From contig NC_068990.1 in assembly GCF_001194135.2 (NCBI RefSeq), positions 7,013,950-7,077,949 on the forward strand: a DNA stretch of 64,000 nucleotides. Reading direction: 5' to 3'. The position numbers and the translations under genes are program-made. Source of the stretch: Octopus bimaculoides (taxonomy: Eukaryota). The number at the start of each line of letters is the position of its first letter. The stretch's first letter is position 1. Under the pieces are notes generated by a model. It saw nothing but the letters and a program-made list of their open reading frames with translations, searched no databases and had not been told where the DNA came from. Below, one piece after another: positions 13,541-27,692 of the stretch.

Positions 13541-13857
13541 ATATATATACATATTTGTCCAAAATCACGGAGACAGAGTAGGAGAAAAAGTATAAGTGAA
13601 AGGAGAGGAGAGAAAATAGTAATTCAGTGAAGGAGAGAGAGTGAGAGTAATACTCCTGACTGAGAGGGAGAGAGAGAAAGTAATAGCAATGGGAGAGAGG
13701 AAGTGGCAAAGAGCGTATCTTCTGTTTTCTGTCACAACATATGAGAAAGGAAGGGGTGATAGATGAATAACGAAGGAAGAGGTGAAAAAGTCCATGTTTC
13801 AAGACTATGTGAGAATGTGTGTGTGCATGTAAAGTGAGGTGGGGGTATGTGAATGTT

Positions 13858-13952
<95 letters not shown>

Positions 13953-14764
13953 AATGGAAATGGGATGGTGAACGTTCAGTGCTGAAAAGAAAAATCAAAC
14001 AGCATTTCAACTCAGTGCATATGTGAATGTTTGTATCTGTGATTATAATGTACCTTGTTTTGTACCTTATTGATATATAAAATACTACAATAAGCTAGTT
14101 TATAATAATAGTTAAAGTAACTTATTTGGTTTTGTATGTTTACTATGAATACTCATAGAAAACATTTAATTCCTTTTCTTTTTACTCTCATTAACCAACT
14201 TATGACAGAAGAACATCTGAAGAAATTCTTCCTTCAGAAGGTTAATATGTATTTCAAGGAAAATGAGTTTCTGAAAAATTAATCACTAGCTCAGCTGATC
14301 ATTTCTGATAATTAACTTATTGCATACAGTGCTCAGGTGCACTAAAACTCATCAGAAAATTCATAATTTACTGCATGAACAGTACATAGAATATGCACAG
14401 GAAGTGAACAGTGACTAAGTCTAAAAAAAAAAAGGAAAAGAAGAAGGAACAGGGGTTTGTGGTGCATCAAGTGTACTGTTGGCAAGTTTCAGGAAGAATG
14501 GAAGTTTTGAAATTGTGTCATTTATTTAATGAAGATCTTGATATCACAAAGTTGAATGACTACACAAAAGTCAACATTCGATGTTTAACACATGACACCT
14601 AAATAATATATTTGTTCTTCATGAGTATTTAGATAAAATAAAACATTTTTCTTGCTTGATAGACTTTGCTTTTTGTAAGGATTTGACAATAATTGTAAGG
14701 TGGACATTCATTCCTATAGATTTCTGTTAACTAATTCATACTACTAGATGAACATCTTCCCTTT

Positions 14765-15060
14765 TACTTACTTCCTCATTTACCGTCCGTTTTCCATGCT
14801 AGCATGGGTTGGACGGTTCGATCCGGGTCTGGGAAGCCAGGAGGCTGCACCAGGCTCCAGTCTGATCTGGCAGTGTTTCTATAGCTGGGTGCCCTTCCTA
14901 ACGCCAACCACTCCATGAGTGTAGTGGGTGCTTTTTACATGCCACCGGTGCAGGGGCCAGAGGAGGCTGGCAACGGCCACGATTGGCTGGTGCTTTTTAC
15001 ATGCCACCAGCACCGAAGCCAGTCAAGGTGGCGCTGGGATCTGCCACGTTCGGATGGTGG
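14765..15060 (-). mobile_element. RTE LINE 3' UTR fragment
   Basis: ccgtttccatgctagcatgggttggacg...ccttcctaacgccaacc is the reverse complement of the same 3' UTR. Confidence 0.75.
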
Positions 15061-15309
15061 GTTTTGAGCCTTAATTGTCTCTCCTATATATAAAACATAT
15101 ATGGATGGTAATTTATAAGTTATACATTAAGCATTATAACTTATTGCATAACAAGGCAAATAAGACAGTCAAAATATTCTATCAGTTTAATGTTCAAAGA
15201 GTCAGATCCAGCCTCTCACATCTACCTTACAATGTAATTCTAAAAGCAAGCAATGACATCATCAAAATCTTGAAGCTACAAGATAATGCATGACCGATTC
15301 AAAACAAGG

Positions 15310-15720
15310 TGAATAAACCTATATGAATTTGTTTTACAAGATTCCTGGTGTGAAATCATGTGTTGAAACAAATATAGTTATACTTGGAGATGGTCTTTTT
15401 CTTTTTTGCAAAATAAACACACACATTACATATTTGTTCTTCACATCAGCTTTATTATTGTTCTTATTTTAGTGTCCTTTGTCTGAAATCTTTCGTCCAT
15501 TCTCTGGACTAAACAGAACAGGAAGAGCCACATGGGATGGGGGAATTACTGAAGAGGTCACAAGATGTGTGGTAAAAGATTTCAGACAAAGGACACTAAA
15601 ATAAGAACAATGATAAAGCTGATGTGAATAACAAATATATAATGCATGTATTTATTTGGCACCCCCCCCCCCCAAAAAAAAAACCCAGAAAAAAGAATGA
15701 CCTTCCTGAAATATAAGAAA
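15310..15720. mobile_element. Penelope-like terminal-repeat remnant forming an inverted pair around a decayed hammerhead motif
   Basis: Arms at about 15380-15493 and 15575-15718 are reverse complements, and the same sequence occurs at 23160-23400. ctgaagaggtcac lies at 15549. Confidence 0.55.
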
Positions 15721-16137
15721 ATGTAAATAAGTAAACTTTACATTTGACAGCCTAATCTGAATGCCAAATATTATTCAATGCATAAAATAAATGATTACTA
15801 ATGTGGTATAAACATTGTAAATTTAATGCATGAAATTCAATATATGATTTCCTAAATAGTAGATATGTTCATGTTACAGGTACAATTTTTTTCATAGATT
15901 TCAGCCTTATTGATAAAGTAGTAAAGACTGCAGTTTGTATTTCTCTTTGTGTGCTCTTAAAAGCAAGCAAATGACAATAACAAGGAAAAAAAAAAAAGAA
16001 AGATCTAATGTCAAAAAGCGTATTAGAAAATTGGATTTTCTGTATTGTTGGATACTGAATTAATGGAACTTTTACTTGAGTTGCTGATCCAAAATGATGT
16101 TAATATCTAATGGTTATTTACATATTTCTCTTTTCAG

Positions 16138-16181
16138 CTACCACCCATGCTCATTCTGGCCTTAGTAAAACGCCATCAAAG
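16138..16181 (+). CDS. Candidate upstream dynein exon (44 nt, phase 1 to 0): (A)[14 protein letters not shown]
   Basis: Strong acceptor tttctcttttcag, donor AAG|gtagga, open frame, and a phase-0 end that fits the 18936 exon. No homology support. Confidence 0.45.
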
Positions 16182-16217
16182 GTAGGAGTACATTTCTTTG
16201 TATTTTGTATGCACACA

Positions 16218-16250
<33 letters not shown>

Positions 16251-18230
16251 CATCATCATCATCATCATTTAACATCTGTTTTCCATGCTGGCATGAGTAA
16301 GACAGTTTGACTGGAACTGGTAAAACAAGCAAAAGAATGAAAGAAAGGCTGTCACCTTACAACAAAAGAATTAAGTAAACTAACTTTCGATTCTAGAGAA
16401 AATGACTTTATTTTGACCATTGCAGCATAAACCATACATTTTGGATTATAAAGAAACAAATATCTTAAATAATAAATGTTACACATGTATCTCTTCAGCA
16501 ATCTACGATATAATCTAAGCTACTGCTTGGGTTTTGTTGACATAGTTCAAAGATTGGGAATGCAGCTGGTAACAGTTTAAATAGTTCAATAGAAAACTAT
16601 TCCTAATATCTTTCAAGCTATTCATTTAAACTTACAGCAGTTAATATTTTTAGCCAGTACACACACATATACTGTTGCTGATGTCCAATCAACAAATCTC
16701 CTGTTGGTGCTGTCCTTACCAAAAATGTTTAAAAAGACAGGTAAGGTTTAGCAAAAGGAAAGGCAACTGGTTATAAAAGAATGCCAAAATAAGCTGTATT
16801 TGTCTATTTGGGACTAGGGAAAGACAGACATAAAAAAAATGTACATATATATATATATACAGGGGTTGGACAAAATAATGGAAAGACCTTAATATTTCAA
16901 ACAAATTTAGTTTAATATGGGGTAGGACAGCCTTTGGCAGTAATTACAGCTTGAATTCTATGAGCTATAGACTCATACTAAGTTTAAATTGTTTCCAAAG
17001 GAATTTTTGTCCATTCTTCAGCTAAAACAGTCTCCAGTTCTTGTAGTGATGATGGTGGAGGATATCGACTCCTTACTTATTTTCCTAAAATGCATCATAA
17101 ATGTTCAATAATATTGAAATCTGGGGACTATGGTGGCCAGATAAGATGTTCAACTTCACTCAAATGTTCCTCGTGCCATTCAGTAAGAACTTTAGCTGTG
17201 TGAATTGGTGCATTATCATCCTGAAAGATTGTGTTTCCCTCTGGAAACAGTTCCGCAACCATAGGATGAATTTGATCAGATAAAATGCTTAAACAGTCTT
17301 GACTATTAATTCTGCCATGAAGGGAAACAATTGGGTTGGCAGATTTCCAAGATATAGCCACCCTCCCTAGATTATCACAGATCCTCCTCCATGTTTAACA
17401 GTTGGAAGAAGGCAGTCTGGGTCAAATAATTCTTTTGGTTGTCTCCACACATATACTCAGCCGGTGGTTGGAAATAAGGTAAAGGATGACTCATCCAAGA
17501 AAATAACATTCTTCAACTGCTCTAGGGAACAATTCTATGGGATTTTACTCCACTCTAAATGCTTTGCAACATTTATTTTTGAAAGTAGTAGTTTTCTGAT
17601 TGCAACCATCCTGTGAATCTGGCTTTGTACAGCTCCCAGCAAAAAGTTTTTGTGGAAACTGTGTTCTCAAGGTTGTCATTAAGCTCTGCAGTAATTTTGG
17701 GAGTTGTACTTTTGTGATCCTTTCTAACAATTTGTGTAAGAGTCTAACAGTTCCTATCTGAAAGTTTTAGTTTTCTTCTGGAGTTTTGTTTTGATGAGGA
17801 GGTTTTTCCCTCTTTCTCAAAAGCTGTCGTTACTTTTGAGACAGTACTTCTTGATACACCAAAACATTTCGGGTGTTTTTGTTACGTTAGCGCCTGCCAT
17901 ACAAGCACCAACAATTTGACCTCATTTGCATGAATTTTAATTACTTTTTTCTGATGATATCTGAAAATAAACAGCAATTTTAGCAAAACATATTAAGCAA
18001 CACTAAAAATAAATCAAAAGACAAAAATGAACAAGCTTTTGACATGTTATAGATATTTCAAAATTATGATGCTAGGTGTTTCCATTATTTTGTCCAACCC
18101 CTGTATATATGTATATATATATATATATATATATACAGGGGTTGGACAAAATAATGGAAATACTTAGCATCATAGCATCATAATTTTGAAATATCTATAA
18201 CATGTCAAAAGCTTGTTCATTTTTGTCTTT

Positions 18231-18270
<40 letters not shown>

Positions 18271-19242
18271 CGTATAGTAACATCGTTTTTGGAGAAAGAA
18301 CCGGTTTCGTATTTTCTTTTCAAATTTCTCAAATTTCTTTACCTCTATTGTGTCATGTCTTTGCTATGTTGTGAATTATGGCGCTCCAGACAGGTGAAGG
18401 TAATCAGGAATTTTTTCCAGTATAAGGGAGATAATCAAAAATGTTGGGAATGATTAAGTTTTAAGTATAGGCTATGGCTTGGTCACCTTTATAAAGTTGT
18501 ACAGGAAATAATCATACCCAAAGACTGGTGTAGTAGCATCAAAGCCAAATGCTTCGAGGGTAAAAGAGATATGCCTCAGAGAGAAGTAGTCACAGAAATA
18601 TCTAATTACTGGACCAGATCATCAAAGTTACTGAATGAGTTATAGCTCAATAAATTAGAAAGCTTAAATTAGATGCAGTTCCAAATATTTACTTGTATAC
18701 CACCGTAAAACAATTCTTTATATCATAGTCTAAAATTAAGTCTTTCCTTTTGTAATCTGCTCCATACGATGGTCAAAATTTCAGTTAATAGAATAATTGT
18801 AATTCAATCAATATTAACAAATCAGTTACTAAGATGTCCTACATCTATAATTTGTTTCTGTAGTCAACAGATAACATTCTGAATACATGAGTATTATCTG
18901 CTTCTGAGAAGATTTGTATTCTGATTTCATTTCAGCTCCTCCGGAAAAACATGCTTATGCTAGAAGAAGCCAAGAAGGAGTTAGAAAAACAGCTGCAAGC
19001 AGTTAAAGAAGAAAGGAAAATATCTGTAAGTCTACTTCCTTCGCCTGTAGTTATTTTTGTGAATGCTGTTTTGTTACATTCTGAGTTTAAATCCCGCTGG
19101 CGTCATCTTTGCCTTTCACCCCTGATTGATTTTGTTACCAGTTTAGTCCTGGAGCCAATGTCATTGACTAACTCCTTCCTGCAAAATTACAGGCCTTTTG
19201 CTGAAATTAAAAATAGATCTTTATTTTCAAGTCACTATAGTA

Positions 19243-19280
<38 letters not shown>

Positions 19281-22200
19281 TTATATGTAAGCACAGGAGT
19301 GGCTATGTAGTAAGAAATTTGCTTCACAACCGTATGATTCCAGATTCAGTCCCACTGTGTGGCAACTTGGGCATGTGTCTTCTACTATAGCCATGGGCTG
19401 ACTAAAACCTTGTGAGTGGATTTGGTAGATGGAAACTGAAAAGAAACCCATCATGTATGTGTGTATATGCGTGTATGTGCATGTGTGTGTGTGTCTGTGT
19501 GTCTTTGTATCTGTGTTTGTCCCCCACTATGACTTGACAACCAGTGTTGGTGTGTTTACGTCCTCATAACGTAGCAGTTCAACAAAAGAACCATATGCCA
19601 TATGTCATACCAGCTGAGACTTCTTTGGTGTTCAATTTCTCATTTCGTCCATTAGCTGTGTTGGTTCTGTTGGATTGCCTTCTGGATTTTCTTGGTATTC
19701 TCTTCCCCTGAATTTCCTGTATTACCATGTCTCTCTTTGATTTTCTTTTTGCCCTTGACTACCACATCATTGAACCTAGTCTCTGCCTATTGGTATCCTG
19801 CTATTTCTTTAAACTCGAGCTCCTCCTTTACTGCAGCCAGCACCTCCTGAACTCTTGATTTTCTGCCTGCTCTCAGCCTGGGTTGAACTGACCTCACAGT
19901 CTTGTCTTGTTTCTGGAGAGCAACACCAGTCAGGCCAATTGGACACCAAGTCATTTTCTTGTGCATTTATTAATCTTGGCTTCAACTGTTCCCACTGTGC
20001 TAGTGCTGATATATATTGGCAAAAACCAGAGAAACTTTAGTATCTGCTTGACCTTCAGGCATCAAATTTTATATTAACCAGACAGGCTTACAAGCTTCCC
20101 TCTGCCATTTCTTTGGTTTCAATTTCATTTTTCATGTCATTCAAGTTGTCATACCGCCTTCCAAAGTGCTTCAGTGTTGGAAAGGGTTGTTTGACTTCAG
20201 TGAATGGGACCTTATCAAATACTAACCCCTTCCATAGTGAGAAGCTCCACAACATTTTAAGCTTGAAGCTTGTTCTAGATGAGGTGGCTACCTTATCAAA
20301 CTGCTTCAGTAGCCTATGTTCTAGTCTTCCCTTGTACTGTAATGTTATAATGTTATCTATAAAGACTCTTACAGGAAGCATTCAGTATTCACTTCCAAGG
20401 TCTGCTAGACATGGACTACTCATCACTGCCTCCAAGATAGTCAGCACAAGCAATACTGGAGAAATAGCACAGCCCATTGCTATACCAACTTCCTGACTGA
20501 TTCAGTCTATTGTAAAATCGTTTGTGGAGAATCATATCAAAAAGCTATGAAAGTACTTTTTCGATACTATTTGTATGTTCTTTGGGACATGATACATCTC
20601 AAGAGCCAGTTGGATCATCTTGTGTGAGAGTGATCCAAATGTATTTGCCAGATCAAGGTGTATGACATTGAAGTCTTTCTTCTCTGCTCTAACTCTTTGG
20701 ATTGCTTATCCAAATCATTGAAACATGCTCTTTGCATCCAAACATTTGAACTTAGAATATATATGCATTTATTTTTTTAAAATTTATATTACAAGGTGAT
20801 GACTCACTGAGGTTACAGTCCAGTGATTGATGCCAATAAAATGAAAAAAATAATAGAGTATTTAAGTTGTGATTACTTTAAAAGTGAAAGCATTTATAAT
20901 AAACAAGCCGGGATTTGTGGTTTGAGAGAAATCTGAACTTGGGAAAACTGTTTTACTTTGATTTCTCTAACTTTCTATTTATTAATTCAAAATGCTTTAT
21001 TGTACATTTATCATCATTCATGAATGTAAAATTTCCTCTTGAAGATAGCTGTGTTGCATGTTTCACTTCACTATCTAAGTTAAGGACACAGATCTATAGT
21101 GTGATTGTTGACCTGACAGTTGGTCTGCTTGTCTAAAACAAAACAATGAGACAAAAGTATTGTATAAGCATGATAGCATGGATAATCTGGTCACTCAATC
21201 TATTAGAAATAGCAGCAAACCTTCCACAAAATACAGTTCATAATCTGAAGAATCGGTGGATACATTGGCTGATGGAGATAAACATGCACCAAATGGAATG
21301 GATATGCCTTGAAATATGCATTGATTGTTGATCTAGTCAAAGGGAGTTACATGGTATTAAACAATAACTGAGTTAACTAGACTACCTTAAAAAAGTTGTA
21401 TCAAACCTGCCCAAGATATAGAAAAAGTGGAGAAACCATAATCTTTGTCAACATGTAAAATTTAAGTTGAATGTGACAAACAATTAATGTTTTTCTTCAG
21501 CATATTTTAATAAAGAATAGTGAGTCACTACATTTCAGTAGGTAATAGCAGTCTTAACATTGGCCAGTATTTGAAAAAGGATTCTTGCACTCAAGTTAGG
21601 ATAATGCCCCTTTCTAATTGCTGAAATTACTTTAACTAGATATCTGGTTAAAGAATCTCTATATCTTAAAGGATATAACATAATTATAAGCATCCTCCTT
21701 TGGATAAACAGATAAAAAAATAAAAGATAAGTTATGATACATATATAAATAATTAATAGTTTTCTTTTCTTTTAAATGTAACTGAGGTTAAAAATGATGA
21801 ATTTAAGAAAGATCTTTATCTGCATTCTTCATGGTATGATCAGGAAAAAGATGAGATACTTGTGTTAATTAAACAGAATTGTAATTCCACTACGTACAAT
21901 TTGTGTGAACTAACTAACACCTAAATCTTACGATATTCATACTACATGGGAACTTTCTGGCAGAAAAAATTTCCATAATTTCAACTATGTGTTTATGCAT
22001 CAGGTATATTTTAAGAAAAGTTTTGTCAATTTCTTAAAATAGACGAAGTATAATCTACTGATTTAATCCAAAACTCCATTCTGAAACTGGATTTTTCACA
22101 TACATTGAAATGAAAAAAAAAGTATAGGAGAGGTGTTTATCAGGCATAAGAATGCTTTTATTTAAAAATATATTGTATCCTTTTGTGTGTAATAAACTAA

Positions 22201-25200
22201 GCAGCAGTAAAATATTGGTGCAAATTATTTTTACAAATTTTCTTCAGTATGCTCCGTTGGATGTGTAATGTCAATGTGAATACCCGTCAGAGTGTAAGTA
22301 TCTTGAGAGAAAAGCTGAACATTAGAAGCATCAGTTGTGGCGTGCAAGAGAGACGATTGCGCTGGTATGGACATGTGGTGAGAATGGAGGAGGATAGCTG
22401 CGTGAAAAAGTGCCACACCCTAACAGTTGAGGGAACCCGTGGAAGAGGTAGGCCCAGGAAGACCTGGGCTGAGGTGGTGAGGCAAGACCTTCGTACATTG
22501 GGCCTCACCGAGGCGATGACTACGGACCGAGACCTTTGGAAATGGGCTGTGCGTGAGAAGACCCGGCAAGCCAAGTAAGATCGTTGCCAGTGCCCCTGGA
22601 CTGGTTCTTGTGCGGGTGGCACATGAGATGCACCATTTTGAGCGTGGCCGTTTTCGTGCGGGTGACACGTAAAAGCACCCACTACACTCTCTGAGTGGTT
22701 GGCGTTAGGAAGGGCATNNNNNNNNNNACACCATTTCGAGCGTGGCCGTTTTCGTGCGGGTGACACGTAAAAGCACCCACTACACTCTCTGAGTGGTTGG
22801 CGTTAGGAAGGGCATCCAGCTGTAGAAACTCTGCCAAATCAGACTGGAGCCTGGTGTTGCCATCCGGTTTCACCAGTCCTCAGTCAAATCGTCCAACCCA
22901 TGCTAGCATGGAAAGCGGACGTTAAACGATGATGATGATGATGATGAAAACTCAGCTCTGTTTTCAGGAAGAATATCTTCTTTTGTTTTCTATTAGTAAG
23001 TATTTGAATTCATTGCTCAAACAGTGGTCTATGGATTGAGAGTCAAGTCATATAGATTCTACTGATCATAACTTTTTTCATCTAGATCAAAAGTATCTCA
23101 CTATGCCTTGTATTATATCATACTTTTAGTTGTAAATATCATATATGTAGAGTTTGATACTGTTAAGGATTTTGTTTTACATTTATGCATTTGTTTTGCA
23201 AGACTTCTGATCTGAAATCATGTGTTGAAACAGATATTGTTATATGTTAGGATGGTCATTTCATTTTTTTTCTTTTTTGCCAAATAACCACACGCACTCT
23301 ATACTCATCCTTCACTTCAGCTTTATCATTGTTCTTATTTTAGTGTACTTTGTCTGAAATCTTTTGTCATACATCCTGTGACCTCTTCAGTGACTCTACA
23401 TCCCACATATCTCCTCCTGTTCTCTTTAGTCCATTCTGTCTTTGTATGGTGTGTATCCTTATCTGCACATGCGTTTGCATCATTATCTGTGTGTGTGTGT
23501 GTGCATGTGTTTTGTATGTGTTTTGTGTGTGTGTGTGTGTGTTTTGTGTGTGTGTATATGGGTTCACTTACTATACTGTTTGTACTCATGTCCTTTATTT
23601 AGTTTTTTTTTTCATTTATTTACCTATTCATTTCTCTATTTTTTTTTCTCATTCTGTCTTAAGTATGTGTATGCATGTCTTTTGTGTGTGTGTATATGGC
23701 TTTATGTATTATACTATTTGTATCTGTCTTTTTTTCTCATCCTGTCTTTGATTGTCATGTTGCATAATGTGGTGGGGGTTGTTATTGTTCCAGTCATGTT
23801 TTTTGTTGAGGCTTGGTCTGTCAACTGCTATGTGTGTGGCCTCTGTAATCTCAGTGACATGACTCTTCTATGTGTTAATAATATCTTAACATCTATTTTA
23901 TTAACTGAGTCTTTATGTTGTAATTGAGCATGTTGGTAGAGCACTGATGTGCTTTTCTCTTCTTTGAGCTCCTACCAGTAAACATCTATCCACTCTCCTA
24001 TACTACATGCTGTCTTCCTAATGTATGTTGTCTTGTTTCTGCACTGTATCTCAGTATGCTATAGACTACATTCCTAATCTTACAGTTAACTTGTGGGTTC
24101 ATCCTACATATTATACAGTTGTTCTCTGTCAATGGAAACCTTTTAACTGGATATGTTCTATTTTTATGGGGGATTTTATAGGGGTCCCTGGCCTTTCTAG
24201 TAGTTTAATCTGTAGATTTACCTTATCTCATTTTTTCCTAAAAAGGTATGCTAGTTTGCTGCCAAACATGACACTCTGGTATTTTTGGTTGTCCTACCAT
24301 GAGTTGGCTTTATCTATCTTCTTCTTGGTCCTTTCATTGCTATTCTAGGATTTATCCCTGTATAGCAGGCAAATTTCATTTTCATCTTTCTCTATGATGG
24401 CCTTGTACTTAGCCCTGGCTCCATTGTAGACTCTAACCCTGTCCCTTTGACAGTTGCCAAAGATCTGCATGCAGTGAATAAAGTGTTGTATGAGTCTAAT
24501 TTCGTTGGGTCACACATGCAAGACACATGTCTCATCACTCTTACCAAGTCTGCTATAAAGATTTTCAGCTTGGCGTTGTCTGCAAAGCTGCATTCTTGTG
24601 AACCAGGTATTTCGAGGCCATGAGTTTGGCATAGTGGCAATGAAGTATCTGGACCTTATTATTCTTAGTTTCCAACTATAGTATGTAGGATGAACTCAGC
24701 TGGTTAACTGTTAGATTAAGAATGCAGGCTATAGCATACAGTGTACTGAAGGATGGTGCAGAAACAGGATGACAACAACATACATTGGGAAGACAGCACA
24801 TAACTTAGGTTAGTGGATTGGTGAATGTTGGTGGGAGCTCAAAGAGGAGAAAAGCTCATCAGTGCTCTACCAACATGCTCAATTAGAATGTAGATGTTAA
24901 GGTATTACCAATACATAGAATAGATATGACACTTAGACAGATAACAGAGGCCACACACATAGTAGTTGATAGATTGAGCCTCAACATAAATGGACCAATA
25001 ACACCACCACACTATTCAATAACCACCACAAATGGAATAATAACTACTGTCACACTATGCAACATGGCAGCTAAAGACAAAATGAGAAAAAAGGACACAG
25101 ATACAAACAATATAATACATAAGAACCCCCCCCACACACACACATACACGCACACACACACACACACACACAAGGCACACATATTCATACTTAAGATGGA

Positions 25201-27651
25201 ATGAGAAAAATAGAGAGATGAATAAGTAAATAAAGGAAGAAAAAAGACTAAATTAAGGACACAGATTTGCTGAATCCAGATTGATTTGAAGCTAGACTAC
25301 AAAGAAGTTATAATTATGTCCAGCAGTAGAGCATTAATGAAAGGGAACAGGAATATTCTGTGCTTATAAAGATTCTATGAGCAAACTGGTTGTTCAGTAT
25401 TCTTCTCCGCCATCTCCCTCCAAAAGGAAAGGAATATTCTGAGAAACTGAAATGTAATCTGATACTATTTATTAGAAGAAGACATAACTTGCCTCTAATA
25501 CTGTATTGTCCAGAAATAATTAATTTTATTTTATTTTCAGATTGACTCAAAATATCGGTACTTTTTCAGCTTGGTAAGTTTTAAATTACTCTTTTGTACA
25601 AATTTAAATGACATTTGAACCCCCACTCTCTCTCTCTATTTGTCATTCTACTTCTGTCTTCATCTTTCAGTCTGTCTCTCTATTTCTTTCATTTACACAT
25701 GCACATGTGTGTGCATGCACACACACATACATTTATTTATGTAGCACAGAACCAAGGAAACTGGTGATGTGCATCATCAAGTGTCATGCTTATTAGTAAA
25801 AGTTAATATTCTGTTGGGAGTAGAGTTTTTTTTTTTTATGTTTCGGACAAAGCCTTTCTTTAGGATTTGAGATACAAGAAAAAACAAAAAGAAAAGAAAG
25901 CTGGAAGTCGCAAGAGAGAGAAATATAAGAGAAGCAGAAAGAAAGAAAAGGCAAGGAAAAGAGAGACAAATTAAAGTGCAAGAGAAAGATGAAGAGAAAG
26001 ATGAAGAGAAAGATGAAGAGAAACATTGTTAGAACGAAGTGGAGAGAAAATTAGAAAGGCGAGCTAAAGGATAAAGTAGTAGTCATTATACTAAGAAGAG
26101 TGCAGAAGTGAAATGAGAACTGCTTAATTAGACCAAATGAAACCAATCAGTGCTGTGTTCCTTAGGCTGAATGTGGCACTTTTTTTTCTCTTTTTGTTTT
26201 TTTAATTTCTTTGTCTTTTAGTATATGAATCCATAGTGTGTAGAAATGCTGGACACTGATAAATGGTTAATGAATTGGCCCCTTGAGTTGAAGTGACTGG
26301 CCTGGGATACATAGTAGAATACAATGAATGTGCTTGTGAAAGCCAACTGCAAAGTGACAGCCTGTTTCATTAATATAAAGAGTACCACAAAATTGACAAT
26401 TGATACTGTAGATGATCTTGGTAGATGTGTTGTGGAAGCATTTCCTATGAAGTTATATAATGTAACTTGGGGCTGGTGATAGTTCTGACACTAATGATAT
26501 AGAGCTAAGTGTTGCACTGCAGTAAATGTAATTAGATGTGCTGGGTGTTGTGTGGCTAAGGACCGAGAGCTTCTAAGGGGTTGTGAAGATTCTTAACTTT
26601 CTTAAAGGCAAGGAGAGATGATAGGGAAAAGATGAGTGATTGGGTCAAAGAGTAGGATGTGGAAGTTGTGGGTGAGTGTTTCAATGAGAAGATGGATGCG
26701 GTGAAGGAAAGTAGAGTCAGGTCAGATGAAGGAAAATAGAGTCAGGTCAGATGAAGGAAAGTAGAGTCAGGTCAGATGAAGGAAAATAGAGTCAGGTCAG
26801 ATGAAGGAAAGTAGAGTCAGGTCAGATGAAGGAAAGTAGAGTCAGGTCAGATGAAGGAAAGTAGAGTCAGGTCAGATGAAGGAAAATAGAGTCAGGTCAG
26901 TAAGTGTGCACAGAAAGAGTAGGAGAATAGTGGCACAGTTTATGGTCTGGTCCCAGTTGAGTACAGGATTCATCACTTATCAAGGGTACTCCTCACTTAA
27001 GGAAGAAATGTCACATTTTTTGGAACTGAATCGATGCTACAAATTCAACAAAGATGGAAGAATTAGGAGAAAGGTATAGCAGGTCTGGTGTATTTGGGGT
27101 GAGGCACAAGACCCAAGCCACCTCATGTTGCACTGTATAGTCATTTTGATCCTTGATAAATAGCAAACAATCCATGAAGCAAGTAGAGTATATGTGTATA
27201 TATATATATATTAATAGGACTTGAGTGTATATTTAAAGATATAAAAGAAACATTAGACAAAACAACAACTTAGATTAGTTGTATTTGCTGTGACTCAAGA
27301 AGGTCTGAGTATGTTTTTTCTAATATGTTTATCAAATTAAGAATTGATTAAAAATTTGTAATGCTACCTGAAAAATAAGTATGACGTCAAAAAAAAAGAC
27401 AAAGTAAATTGGAGATAAAAAAATAAGAGGGTAAGATGTTTATGATAAATAGAAAGTGTACAGAAATGCGAGAAATATATTTATGAAAAAAGTAAGGAAG
27501 AGCAGTGATAGAAATGATAGTAGGGACTAGGGTACAGAAAGGCTCAACAGGCTGACTTTGGGAAAGAGCGAGTTGACACGAAAAGGTACCGCCTCTCTGT
27601 GAGCTGGAAAATAGGAGACTGCTGTATCCCCATATACCCACCATTTATATC

Positions 27652-27692
<41 letters not shown>

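Noticed and set aside
22620-22830. Duplication of about 100 bp across a 10-N gap in the RTE 3' UTR
   Set aside because: Same gap-overlap artefact.
26700-26899. Repeat array resembling CRISPR in unit length (also 63772-64000)
   Set aside because: No unique spacers, no cas genes, and a eukaryotic context.
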